64,000 nucleotides of DNA from Candidatus Bathyarchaeia archaeon (GCA_050013255.1 JBEKFP010000001.1:576001-640000), one strand, 5' to 3'; shown: positions 50,796-60,544, counted from the first letter of the stretch. The notes: a model not told the origin generated them from the letters alone. Numbers and translations are program-made.

Positions 50796-51794
50796 TTACC
50801 CGCCTATTGTGTGCATGGGCCTAACATGTTCAAGTTTATCGAACTTTTTCAGTAGCGTTTCCACGCCGGGCGCCTTCTGGGAGACAGAGTCGCGCATGAA
50901 ACCTAAAATTGCGTCGTCAGAGCCCCCGTTTCTGAGTAAAGGCCTAAGGTCGAAGCCCGTCTTGTCGAAAAGGCATGGAACAATTTTCCCGTCCGCTGAG
51001 AGCCGTAACCTATCGCAGTCTGAGCAAAACGGCTCAGTTATCGAGGTAATCACCCCAATCTCGCCCTGGCCGTCTTTGAACCGGTAGATTTTCGCGGTGC
51101 TCCCAGTTTCCCTTGTGACGGGTTCAAGTTGGTACTGCTTCTGAATGGTTTGGATAATCTCTTTTCCGCTCACTACCTTCTCCATTCCCCAAAGGCGTTG
51201 CCCGTCGAAGGGCATGTATTCGATAAAGCGAACCGTAATCTCGCCGGCCCTTGCCAACCCAGCTAGATCGCCTATCTCGTCCTCATTGCAACCTCGGATG
51301 ATTACGGCGTTAATTTTGAGCGGTTGGAACCCGTTCTCCTTCGCTGCCCTGATGCCTTCTACGACTTTGTGGAAAACTCCGCCCCCTGTGATTTCGCTGA
51401 ATCGTTCGGGTTTGAGGCTGTGGAGGCTTACGGTTATGCTTTGCAACCCAGCCTTTCTTAGGGCCTCGGCCTTTTCGGCTAGGAGGAACCCGTTAGTGGT
51501 CATGCTCAGCGAGCTGATTCCTGGGACGTGCGCTAGCATTTCAACGAGTTTTTCGATATCCCTACGCATCAGTGGCTCCCCGCCGCTTAGGCGGACCTTT
51601 TCCACTCCTAGTTCTGCGAAGAGTGATACAACTCGCTCGATTTCCTCGTAGCTGAGTATCTCATTCCTGGGCAGCCACACGGGGGTTTTGGGCATGCAGA
51701 ACTGGCAGCGGAAGTTGCAACGGTCCGTAACGGATATGCGAAGCTTGCGCGCAATGCGCCCAAAAGAGTCTGTTAGGGGAACCACGTAACCCAC
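50796..51794 (-). CDS. moaA: GTP 3',8-cyclase
   Basis: LRISVTDRCNFRCQFCM, GGEP, TTNG, RFIEYM, FCSDCDRLR, C-terminal IGG. Confidence 0.96.
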   Translation of the reverse strand: MGYVVPLTDSFGRIARKLRISVTDRCNFRCQFCMPKTPVWLPRNEILSYEEIERVVSLFAELGVEKVRLSGGEPLMRRDIEKLVEMLAHVPGISSLSMTTNGFLLAEKAEALRKAGLQSITVSLHSLKPERFSEITGGGVFHKVVEGIRAAKENGFQPLKINAVIIRGCNEDEIGDLAGLARAGEITVRFIEYMPFDGQRLWGMEKVVSGKEIIQTIQKQYQLEPVTRETGSTAKIYRFKDGQGEIGVITSITEPFCSDCDRLRLSADGKIVPCLFDKTGFDLRPLLRNGGSDDAILGFMRDSVSQKAPGVETLLKKFDKLEHVRPMHTIGG

Positions 51795-51922
51795 GCCGTC
51801 GTTTGATCAGAATACTCGTAGGGAGTCATTTAAGCGATATCTCGAAGCCCCGTTCAGTTCACGGCTCAAACGGTTAACTTTCTTGAGCCACAACCCGTTG
51901 TGCATATGGCTTCTTGGAACCA

Positions 51923-52603
51923 CTAGTCTTTCTTTCGTCGTCGTATCGAAAGAACGACGAGGGCGACTATGAATAGAACGGCGAGAAAGATGACTGACTC
52001 GTAAAGTACATCGCTGGATACACTGAAAGCAGAAACGTTTTGATTTGAAATCGTCGGTGCAAACGTTGTCGAAGTTGACTCCGTAGATGATAGGTTTGAG
52101 GGCAGGTTACTCGCCATAAAGAATAGCGTCGTTGTAGTCTGCGAACTACTTTGGACAACAGAGGTAGTGCTTATCGTCATTTCATTCGGGAGTACCACGG
52201 ATAGTAGGAACGATGACCTGTAACTTCCTACTACGGACCCGAATAAGATCATGTAGGCGGTGGCGTAAACAGGGTACTGGCCGCTTGTTTGAGGTGCCGT
52301 GAATGTGTTTGTCACATCAACTCTTGCAGAATTTACGTTGTTAGAGCTAGTCGAGATGAGATTCTGATGACTGTCGAACAGGTCGATGCGGGCGCGTAGT
52401 GGGCCGACAGGGCAGGAATACAGGGTAACGGTGGTAGTGACGGTAACTGGCTGGTTGGCTGGGACTGGGTTGGGGTAGTTGAATGTGAGGAAGGCAATCT
52501 CGCATAGGTTTATGGCTTGAGCGTGCACGGCAGCATTGTTCCCAAGCAAGAGCAATAGACCGAGTAGGAACAGAGCGTACCGTGAAGCTGCCAAGTTGAG
52601 CAC
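51923..52603 (-). CDS. Secreted surface protein with C-terminal TM anchor
   Basis: Signal peptide, Ser/Thr linker, TM plus RRRKK. Confidence 0.7.
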   Translation of the reverse strand: MLNLAASRYALFLLGLLLLLGNNAAVHAQAINLCEIAFLTFNYPNPVPANQPVTVTTTVTLYSCPVGPLRARIDLFDSHQNLISTSSNNVNSARVDVTNTFTAPQTSGQYPVYATAYMILFGSVVGSYRSSFLLSVVLPNEMTISTTSVVQSSSQTTTTLFFMASNLPSNLSSTESTSTTFAPTISNQNVSAFSVSSDVLYESVIFLAVLFIVALVVLSIRRRKKD

Positions 52604-52678
52604 TTTCGACCATCTAGTTTACGATAGTTTACGATAAAACCGTTCTCCCTGTACGCAGTTTTATCTTCCCGAAGCGCA

Positions 52679-53881
52679 GTGGGGTGGGGGACTTTGGATA
52701 AAGGAAAGTCGGCTAAGGAACTCGGGCTTCGCAACGTCATCAGGCTTGGGTACGTAAGTCTCTTCACCGACATCTCTACCGAAATGATACTTGGCGTTCT
52801 GCCGGTTAACTTCATCATCAACCAACTTGGCGCAACCGCTGCCATACTTGGCCTAATCGAGGGGTCCGCTGAGGCTGCCAACAACATATTCCGAATATTC
52901 GCCGGCGTCCTCACGGACAAGATTGCTAAGCGAAAGCCAATCGTTGTGATTGGCTATGGGTTGTCCACTCTTGCCAAACCGCTCTTCGCGGTGGCCAACT
53001 CGTGGGGTCAAGCGTTTGCTGTGCGAGTTGTTGACAGGGCTGGGAAAGGGACGAGAACAACCCCTAGAGACGCACTCATCAGCGACTCGATTCCTAAGTC
53101 GCAGGCTGGGAAAGGCTTCGGCCTGCATAGTTCAATGGATCAGGTGGGAGCAGTCTTGGGTCCCATCTTATCATTCGTGCTGCTTCCTGTGATCGGCCTT
53201 CGAAACTTGTTTTGGATTTCTTTCATCCCTGGGGCTATTTCTCTAATCATCCTTGTGTTCTTCGTGGCCGATGCTCGAGGACGGATGAGACGAAGGACCG
53301 TGTTCGAAAACGCTAAGGCCGTACTGACGAGGGATTTCGTGCTTTTGCTGGTGGTCTTGGGAATCTTCGCGGTAGGTGCCTACAATTTCTCGTTCATTCT
53401 GTTAGAGGCCCAGTCTCTCGGTGTACAAGGGAACTTTATTCCCTTAGTTTACGCTTTGCTGAATTTTGCCACAGTCATAATCGCCTTTCCGGCCGGTATC
53501 ATTGCAGATAGGATTGGAAAGCTGCCCGTCCTCCTCCTAAGCTTTCTAGTCTTCATGGGCACCTCGCTTGCTGGGGTTGTTCTTGTTGGATATTGGGCCT
53601 ACGGACTCCTAATCGCCATTTTCTACGGTGGTTACCTATCCATTTCGGATACTGTGCAGCGGGCCATGGTCCCAGACTTTACCCGGCCGGAACTGAAGGG
53701 CACCGCCTACGCCTTCTATTACACAATAATTGCCATAGGATCCCTCGTTGCGAACTCAGTATTCGGAGCCCTATGGACTAGCCTAGGCGCGGGGGCGGCG
53801 TTCCAGTTCAGCATCGCAACCTCCGCGGTCGCAGTAGTAGCCCTAATCCTCTTTACCGTTCTCCACCAGCGTTCGGGATGA
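52679..53881 (+). CDS. MFS transporter
   Basis: VSLFTDISTEM, GLIEG, DRAGKGTRTTPRDALI. Confidence 0.92.
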   Translation: MGWGTLDKGKSAKELGLRNVIRLGYVSLFTDISTEMILGVLPVNFIINQLGATAAILGLIEGSAEAANNIFRIFAGVLTDKIAKRKPIVVIGYGLSTLAKPLFAVANSWGQAFAVRVVDRAGKGTRTTPRDALISDSIPKSQAGKGFGLHSSMDQVGAVLGPILSFVLLPVIGLRNLFWISFIPGAISLIILVFFVADARGRMRRRTVFENAKAVLTRDFVLLLVVLGIFAVGAYNFSFILLEAQSLGVQGNFIPLVYALLNFATVIIAFPAGIIADRIGKLPVLLLSFLVFMGTSLAGVVLVGYWAYGLLIAIFYGGYLSISDTVQRAMVPDFTRPELKGTAYAFYYTIIAIGSLVANSVFGALWTSLGAGAAFQFSIATSAVAVVALILFTVLHQRSG

Positions 53882-53946
53882 CTAACATGTTGTCGCCAGA
53901 AAACTACACCACATATTGAAACGACGCGAAAGAAACGTGAACTAAC

Positions 53947-54375
53947 ATGGATCAGCTGAGGGAAGGTATGGTCTTGTTCGTTTGTGTCGAAAACACCTTC
54001 CGCAGCGTCCTAAGCGAAGCCATATTCAACGCACACGCACCCAAAGGATGGCACGCTGAAAGCGCAGGCGTACAGCCCGCCGAAGCCATCAACCCCATTG
54101 CCATAGAACTTCTAAGCGAAGTCGGAATCGGACTTGGCCCTAAGAAACCTAGGCTTGTCTCACGGGAGTTGGTCGCTCGTGCTTGGCGGGTCATCACATT
54201 TGGTTGCGTGGACCGCTGCCCCATAGGGGCGATAGAAAAGTCCGAGGATTGGCCTATTCCCGGAAGTACTGGAAAGAGTCCCCAAGAGCTGCGTGCTATT
54301 CGGGATGAACTACAACGCCGCATTCTCAACCTGATTGAGGAAATTCAACGACACACACCAAATTCAGTTACGTGA
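53947..54375 (+). CDS. Low-molecular-weight PTPase / thioredoxin-type arsenate reductase family
   Basis: LFVCVENTFRS (CX5R), ESAG, GCVDRCP, EDW, IRDEL. Confidence 0.85.
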   Translation: MDQLREGMVLFVCVENTFRSVLSEAIFNAHAPKGWHAESAGVQPAEAINPIAIELLSEVGIGLGPKKPRLVSRELVARAWRVITFGCVDRCPIGAIEKSEDWPIPGSTGKSPQELRAIRDELQRRILNLIEEIQRHTPNSVT

Positions 54376-54425
54376 GGGACGCCCAAACAATATATTGAAC
54401 ACGGATACGGTAGCGGTGTAAACCA

Positions 54426-54677
54426 ATGCCCCGAAAAATACCATCCTCATACCTGCGCAAGTTGAACGAGGAGCAGAAGAAAGCTAAGGAAATCGCAGCC
54501 GAACAGGCAACGAAAAAACCGCGGCCAGTGGACCCAGATTCGGGGAAGCTGAAGGGTTTCACGATGATTTGTCAAACTTGCGGAAGCCGGGCTCGGTTTA
54601 CGGTGGATAAGTTTGGGTATGCGACCTGCGGCAACTGCAGAGCCATAGCAAGCTACAGACTCGGCCACTTAGCATAA
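54426..54677 (+). CDS. Small zinc-ribbon protein
   Basis: CQTC...CGNC; basic N-terminus. Confidence 0.6.
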   Translation: MPRKIPSSYLRKLNEEQKKAKEIAAEQATKKPRPVDPDSGKLKGFTMICQTCGSRARFTVDKFGYATCGNCRAIASYRLGHLA

Positions 54678-54712
54678 CGTGATCCGCAAGAAGACGACCG
54701 GGAAGAACTAGC

Positions 54713-54850
54713 CGGTTCAAATTACCCCGTTCGCACCACTCAAGCCACACACACACTTTTTTGACGACGAACGACGACGGTTCAAATTACGGTGCCCGCA
54801 CCAACGGTACCACACACACAACTACGCACGAACCTACGGTTCAAAATTCG
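54713..54850 (+). repeat. Tandem array of three degenerate tRNA-3'-end-like units
   Basis: CGGTTCAAA at 54713, 54778 and 54837; first two followed by N13-CCA; CACACACAC tracts at 54746 and 54811. Confidence 0.8.
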
Positions 54851-54951
54851 TTTGTTGGTATCGCATGATCGACGGTAACGAATTGACCAGACTATGAGGA
54901 CCATCTAGATACCTTCTTCATCGCAGCATCGCCACCGTACTCTAAGGATTT

Positions 54952-55155
54952 TCACCGCGTCGAGCTTTCGTAGATTTTCTTCTGTAGAGGACAATCGCAA
55001 CGGATGGTCAACTTGTCCTCGTAGAGCTCTAGCTGTCTCTCCTGAATTCCATATTCACGCATGCTCGGGTCCGTCATCTCAAAGCGCTTTCTCAACAGGA
55101 CAAACATGACAAGAGAGCTGGCTAGTATCTCCTCTGGCGTTTCAGCGTCATACAA
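54952..55155 (-). CDS. Short hypothetical ORF or gene remnant
   Basis: 67 aa ORF, no family recognised. Confidence 0.3.
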   Translation of the reverse strand: MYDAETPEEILASSLVMFVLLRKRFEMTDPSMREYGIQERQLELYEDKLTIRCDCPLQKKIYESSTR

Positions 55156-55451
55156 CAGTCGTAAACTTTCGATTCATTAACTGAAGATGACAGCAATGTT
55201 CTGTCTTGGGTCTAGTCGACGATCTATTTATGAATTCAACGTAGATCTTCTAGACCAATTCACATATGGCTGAACCAAAGAAACTGGAAGTTGCCAGGAT
55301 TATTACAGAGCAATGTTCCTGTAGCCGTTATCGTCTATCACAACATCAACCTTCAATTCATTCTTCGGGAATTGCTTGTAGCGTTGCTTGGATGAAGCGT
55401 ACATGTGCATTTAATTGCACGTAGTGGAACACCAGCAGTTGGGGTAAACGC

Positions 55452-56981
55452 ATGAAGCCAGCTTATGCGATCACTTCACTCGCGGTAATTGTGATGCTTC
55501 TCTGCGGGGTTCTTTTACCTCTGGCACCGACCACCGTTCGAGGGTCAGGGTCGAAAATTCAACACCTCATCTTCATCGTCCAAGAGAATCATTCGTTCGA
55601 TAATTATTTCGGAACTTATCCGGGTGCCAATGGATTCTCGCTTGGTGCAGCTATTCCACTTGATCCAAACCAGACAAGCTTGGGATATGTTCACCCGTTC
55701 CATTTGAACGTGACACAACCGATTATGATTTGGGGAGATGAACTTCCGCCTGGTGTGGCTGATCCAGACGATCTTCAGCCTGCGGCTAATTCATCTGCGC
55801 CGTTCCACCTGAACAGCGAATCAATTGGTGGAGATTTGCCCCATGTATGGTTGGTTGCGCACAGAGCTTACGATAATGGGAAGATGGATGGGTTCATTGC
55901 TGCGGAAGGCAGTATTCTGACGATGGGGTACTATGATAGGAGTGATCTACCCTACTACTGGGATTACGCGAACCAATACGTGTTGGACGACAACTTCTTC
56001 TCTTCCCTGATGGGTCCAAGTTTTCCGAACCATCTCTACATTGCCTCGGGAACAAACGGGCCTCTGAACAACTTACCTCCACTCTGCCTCCAAACTCACT
56101 GCAAGTGGATAGAGAACGGCAGAATACTCGACGATCCTCCGTCGGACTATGATTGGCAAGGCCTCTCTCTGGACTGGTCAACGCTTGCTCAGGAACTTAG
56201 TAGCGCGAACGTGCCTTGGACATGGTATGATGGAGAGGCTATACCAACGAAACCAAACATTTGGGATGTCCTACCCCTCTTCACCTACTTCCAGAACCAT
56301 CCTGATCAGCTAATTGAGCACGTTAAGAATACTCAAGCCTTCGTCAACGATACCCAGAACGGCCAGCTCCCGGCAGTCTCATGGATATTCCCTGGTGGCT
56401 GGGTTCCACCAACCTACCCCGCTGCATGCAAAGGTCAATCCACAAGCGAACATCCACCAGCGAGGAGTGACTGCGGAATGGATTACGTCTCATACTTAGT
56501 GAACCAAGTGATGAAGAGCCAGTTTTGGCAATCGTCTGCGATAATCATTACCTGGGATGATTATGGTGGCTTCTACGACCATGTTCCTCCGCCACAAGTC
56601 GACGCCTACGGCGAAGGCTTCAGAGTGCCAACTCTCGTAATCTCACCGTGGGCGAAACATGGGTTCACTGACCACACGCAATACGAACTTGCATCCCTCC
56701 TGCGGCTGGCTGAAGACAACTTCAACCTCCCAACTCTCGGTGTGAGAGATGTGAAAGCTAACGATATGATGAATTCATTCGACTTCAAGCAAGCCCCCCA
56801 ACCTACACTGATCGAGCCCGCAAACTTTGTAGGCCCAACACCAGAAACAACCACAACAACGCAGACAACCGCAATCCCTGAACCCAACCCGACTCAGACA
56901 TATCTTATTCTAGCCCTTGCAGTAGCGATTGCCGCTATTGTGCCGACCTACATAATACGACGGCGTACTGCAAGAAGTTAA
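55452..56981 (+). CDS. Secreted phosphoesterase / phospholipase C (alkaline-phosphatase superfamily) with C-terminal anchor
   Basis: [48 protein letters not shown]; IPEP, TM and RRR. Confidence 0.92.
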   Translation: MKPAYAITSLAVIVMLLCGVLLPLAPTTVRGSGSKIQHLIFIVQENHSFDNYFGTYPGANGFSLGAAIPLDPNQTSLGYVHPFHLNVTQPIMIWGDELPPGVADPDDLQPAANSSAPFHLNSESIGGDLPHVWLVAHRAYDNGKMDGFIAAEGSILTMGYYDRSDLPYYWDYANQYVLDDNFFSSLMGPSFPNHLYIASGTNGPLNNLPPLCLQTHCKWIENGRILDDPPSDYDWQGLSLDWSTLAQELSSANVPWTWYDGEAIPTKPNIWDVLPLFTYFQNHPDQLIEHVKNTQAFVNDTQNGQLPAVSWIFPGGWVPPTYPAACKGQSTSEHPPARSDCGMDYVSYLVNQVMKSQFWQSSAIIITWDDYGGFYDHVPPPQVDAYGEGFRVPTLVISPWAKHGFTDHTQYELASLLRLAEDNFNLPTLGVRDVKANDMMNSFDFKQAPQPTLIEPANFVGPTPETTTTTQTTAIPEPNPTQTYLILALAVAIAAIVPTYIIRRRTARS

Positions 56982-57202
56982 CATGGTGCCCGCGTCCTGA
57001 AAAGTCGACTACGGATTGTTCCCATATAGCCTTCTGCGTTACTTATGGTCTGCTCGAAATAGCTAGAGTGCGGTGGTTTCCACATGCGTTTGCCAGTGGG
57101 ACGCATTTCAGATCGTACGCGGATTCTGCATCACGTATATGAGAGTTGTATTGTAGCCGCTACCATTCAATTCTGTTTTTGTCGCGGAAGGTGCCGACGT
57201 GC

Positions 57203-57259
57203 GCACACACACGAAAATAGCGACGAAAGACGTCAGTTCAATTTCCATTGCCCGCACCA
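57203..57259 (+). repeat. tRNA-3'-end-like repeat with CA/GACGA leader
   Basis: CACACACACG..GACGAAAGACGTC-AGTTCAATT-TCCATTGCCCGCA-CCA. Confidence 0.7.
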
Positions 57260-57559
57260 TTGGACCCACACCTATGAAAAGTCTAATCCAGCATGCGATT
57301 CTTAGGTGGTTCTTCTGCGTGGCGTTCAGGCCTCGCTAACTATTCTGTCCGGGAGTTTATCCTTTTCTTCGATCTTTTCCTCCATTTTTTCTTGGTTGGC
57401 CTGAACGCGGCAATCACCTATTCGCGCGCTAGGGCGCATTCAAGGGGCCGCTCCGAAGACTGCCCATTCACACACCCGACCGATTTCGGTCATGTGGTTC
57501 TCGGGCTTACCAACCACGAGAAATACTCACACGCTAGAACTTAGGACTTTTCATCCTTT

Positions 57560-57614
57560 CACACACACTTTTTGACGACGACGGACGTCGATGGTTCATA
57601 TCAACAGCGTTCCA
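57560..57614 (+). repeat. Degenerate copy of the same repeat
   Basis: CACACACACTTTTTGACGACGA (near-identical to 54748-54770), then GGTTCATAT. Confidence 0.7.
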
Positions 57615-57638
57615 CTCGGTAGCTCAGGTTCTGGGGGC

Positions 57639-58382
57639 CTAGGTGGAGAACAATTTGTCTCTATCGAGCAAGAGTTCGTTTTCGGAGTATTTCTTGGCGT
57701 ACAATTTCCTTACGAGCAAGAAACGTCGCGGCCTCGCTCTTAGTTCTCTTTCATAGATCTCGATGACGCCGTCAAAGAGGTCGAGTATAGTCTGTGCCTC
57801 TTCTTTTGCTATAAGGGGGTTTAAGCTGGCTATAGTTGTGAATCCCTCGGTCTTCCGTTTGGCTATGAAATCCGATAGCCATTTCCGAGTGGTTAACGCC
57901 TTGTGTCTAAGAAGTATGTCAGAGAGTAAATCGAGGATTATGATTTTGCTGACATCCTTCCTTGCCTGATATTCGACCATCGGGCTTGTTAATGAGAAGG
58001 AGATGTTGAGTTCGCTTAGGTTCTCGACGCCGGGAATCTTGTAAAGATTCTTGCCTGAATGTTCTATTTTGTCGGCCTGTGGAGAAAATGCGTAGAAATC
58101 TTTCCCGTAACTGCGCAAGTAGTCCCCCGTTCTTTCGGTGTCGGATGAAAGATAGAAGACGGGGGTTGACGTTGAAAGTGCTGTGCCGATGATTTTTCTA
58201 AGTAGGAAGTCCCGCTCGTCATAGGCCGGAGAAACGACCACTACTCCGTACCGTTCGGGGATACCGCCGCCGAGCAGGCCATCCAAGTCCGTGTAGCCCG
58301 TTGAAATGATGCCTTCATGTTTCAAGCTTGCTACCGCGGGAGGAGATTTTCTTCTTCTCGCAACAACAAGAACACCGGCCAC
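57639..58382 (-). CDS. RAD55/KaiC-like domain protein with degenerate Walker A, probably 5'-truncated
   Basis: ISTGYTDLDGLLGGGIP, SPAYDERD replacing the P-loop, LFDGVIEI; begins in a TM remnant followed by RRRK. Confidence 0.75.
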   Translation of the reverse strand: MAGVLVVARRRKSPPAVASLKHEGIISTGYTDLDGLLGGGIPERYGVVVVSPAYDERDFLLRKIIGTALSTSTPVFYLSSDTERTGDYLRSYGKDFYAFSPQADKIEHSGKNLYKIPGVENLSELNISFSLTSPMVEYQARKDVSKIIILDLLSDILLRHKALTTRKWLSDFIAKRKTEGFTTIASLNPLIAKEEAQTILDLFDGVIEIYERELRARPRRFLLVRKLYAKKYSENELLLDRDKLFST

Positions 58383-58412
58383 TATGACAACGGCGACAAC
58401 GAAGAGTTGTAA

Positions 58413-58694
58413 TCAGCCGAAGAATTCCTTTGGGGTCACCGCGACTTCGTATGTATTTGGAACGAACGGTAGCTTCAGCTTCGACACTTCAGCGTAGAAA
58501 ATTCTGCCGGCTTCGTTAAGTCTCTCATATTTGTCAACATGGAATATGTAGAGAAGCGTGCCTGACTGGGGAAAGTATGGGCCGTCTATTTTTCCTCCGA
58601 CCGCCTTCTCAATTTTGGAATGGATCTCGTTCATCTTCGCTAAGTCTTTCTGAAGGTCCTCTCCTTCGTAGTCTAATCTGACGAGAATTATCAA
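58413..58694 (-). CDS. Hypothetical protein
   Basis: 93 aa ORF co-oriented with the cupin gene. Confidence 0.6.
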   Translation of the reverse strand: MIILVRLDYEGEDLQKDLAKMNEIHSKIEKAVGGKIDGPYFPQSGTLLYIFHVDKYERLNEAGRIFYAEVSKLKLPFVPNTYEVAVTPKEFFG

Positions 58695-58715
58695 TTCGTT
58701 CTCACTCTTCGTACA

Positions 58716-59087
58716 TCACTGCTTTGTTTGCTTGGCGTAGTCAATCATGCCTTGAAAGTCAACTACAACCGCAGGTTCATTGCCCACGACCCATGCGTCG
58801 TGGCCAGACGGGAGAAGCGAGATGTCTCCTGCCTTACAGTCCTTCTCGGTGCCGTCGTCCATTACTACATGAAGAACGCCGGAAACATGGTACTGGAAGT
58901 GTGGTGCTTCACAACTTTTCGTTTTCGCTATTGGCTTGACGGAGGTTGACCAACGCCATCCGGGCTGGAAAACTCCACGCCCAACGACAGCCCCACCAAT
59001 TTTCACCAATTCAAGCTTGCCCTTTTCGAAATTCCTGGTTTCGTCAGGAGAGTTCAGACTCTTTAGTTCCATTTTCTGCATATGCAT
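58716..59087 (-). CDS. Cupin domain protein
   Basis: PDETRNF, FQPGWRWS, CEAPH, GHDAWVVG. ORF extends to 59120. Confidence 0.88.
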   Translation of the reverse strand: MHMQKMELKSLNSPDETRNFEKGKLELVKIGGAVVGRGVFQPGWRWSTSVKPIAKTKSCEAPHFQYHVSGVLHVVMDDGTEKDCKAGDISLLPSGHDAWVVGNEPAVVVDFQGMIDYAKQTKQ

Positions 59088-59247
59088 CACAAATTGACGT
59101 CTACATAGGTATGCGACCACGCATAATTAGCATTTGCATCTAGCAAGTTTCTGTCGATGGGTAGGACGGTCCGATTGCACATGAAATGACTCTTTCTTAA
59201 TCGAATTGCCCTGTTCGCGAGAGATTCTCTCTGTGTTCTAGCTAGTC

Positions 59248-60324
59248 TCACGAAGCCTTAGCCTGCTTCCGTTTTCGCAAAAGACTTGCAGCACAGACCG
59301 CAACTGTGAGTAGGACAAGAAACGAAGGAAGTGGAAACTCAGGAATTGCGAAACCCTGTGGAGCTTGGGCCAATCCTATCTGTGGACCCGTACCAGCACC
59401 TATCCCGTCATAGTAGACCATCAAGCCATCTCCGACAGCTAGGTTGGCTTGCTCCACGCCTGCAAAATCCCAAGTACCTTGCGCTCCAGGGCTTAGAATC
59501 GGATTGGGAGAATACCGCGTCCATGTTGCTCCGTCGGGTGAGGTCGCTAACCCAATCTGGGGGAGTCCATTGTTCGGTCCCAAGCCTGAATACCACAGCC
59601 AAAAGGTGGTTCCGTTAAAGTACACTGACGGTGAATAGACTGAACCAGAGTCCCAAGCGGTAGGATCCGATGAGGGGAAGAAAACAGGGTGAGGCCATTT
59701 GCTCCATTTGAGTCCGTCGAATGATGTTGCGTAGAGAATACTTGTGAACTGGGTCGAATTCGCGTTTTTTCCTGTGTACCACATGTTGTACGTGAGCCCT
59801 AATCTGATCACGTAGGGGCTTGCTATGTATCCTTGGTCAATCGCGGTTGCAGTCAAGACTGGGTTGCGGGAATTCTTGGTCCATGAGACTCCGTCCTTAG
59901 AGGTTGCCAGACCCACAGCACCACTTGCGAAGGCGGTGGGGTTGCTTCCTCTGTACCACATCATGAAGAAGGTCCCGTTCCAGAGAACAGAGCCCAAGGC
60001 AACCGAAGACCTGTCCCAGGCACCGGGTAGACCGGGTTCCAAAACAGGGCCAGCGAGCTGGCTCCATGAAATCCCATCCTTTGAAGTCGCATATCCGACC
60101 CCACTGCTCCCGGACCGACCGCCATTAAACCACATTCGGTAGATCTTGCCGTCATAGATTACCCTGGGAGTAGTTGTATAGTCGGCATCCCACTGATTCG
60201 ACGTAGGGCCAAGCACAGGGTTACTTGGGGATTTCACCCATTGTGCATCACCAAAAGCATTTGGCAGTAGAAGGACGAAGATGAAAAAGAGCGCCACCCC
60301 CAGTAACCTTTTTTTCATATGCAA
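59248..60324 (-). CDS. Secreted five-bladed beta-propeller glycosidase-like protein (GH130/43/32 clan-like) with PEF-CTERM-like anchor
   Basis: Repeats of MW(Y/F)xG..IGxATSxDGxxW..NPVL; IPEFP, TM and RKRK. Confidence 0.8.
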   Translation of the reverse strand: MHMKKRLLGVALFFIFVLLLPNAFGDAQWVKSPSNPVLGPTSNQWDADYTTTPRVIYDGKIYRMWFNGGRSGSSGVGYATSKDGISWSQLAGPVLEPGLPGAWDRSSVALGSVLWNGTFFMMWYRGSNPTAFASGAVGLATSKDGVSWTKNSRNPVLTATAIDQGYIASPYVIRLGLTYNMWYTGKNANSTQFTSILYATSFDGLKWSKWPHPVFFPSSDPTAWDSGSVYSPSVYFNGTTFWLWYSGLGPNNGLPQIGLATSPDGATWTRYSPNPILSPGAQGTWDFAGVEQANLAVGDGLMVYYDGIGAGTGPQIGLAQAPQGFAIPEFPLPSFLVLLTVAVCAASLLRKRKQAKAS

Positions 60325-60544
60325 TAACCGTCTGCCTCTAATTGCAAAGAAGTAACTTGAAAATCTTGTACTCAGGGCATTAGCGCCCTTAGCCTGACAC
60401 GTTGAAGACCGTCAAGTTGAGGTTGGCCTCTTTCCCTGACGCTTTTGAACTTGAGATGAGGCACAACTTAGATCGAGCTGCTTTTCCCATATCTATCTCC
60501 AATGGTTCGAACCACGGAATTCGAACGTGTAACTCTGCACTCAG

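Noticed and set aside
54660-54803. Intact tRNA gene
   Set aside because: No 5' acceptor strand complementary to the 3' end, no D or anticodon arms, and the T-stem does not pair.
54713-54850. CRISPR array
   Set aside because: The 59-65 bp period is CRISPR-like, but only about 13 bp are identical, the spacers resemble each other and no cas genes are in the window.
57084-57544. 73 aa and 83 aa ORFs
   Set aside because: They overlap repeat and low-complexity DNA and have no protein-like features.
54713-57614. Classical integron attC sites
   Set aside because: No RYYYAAC...GTTRRRY inverted structure and no IntI in the window.
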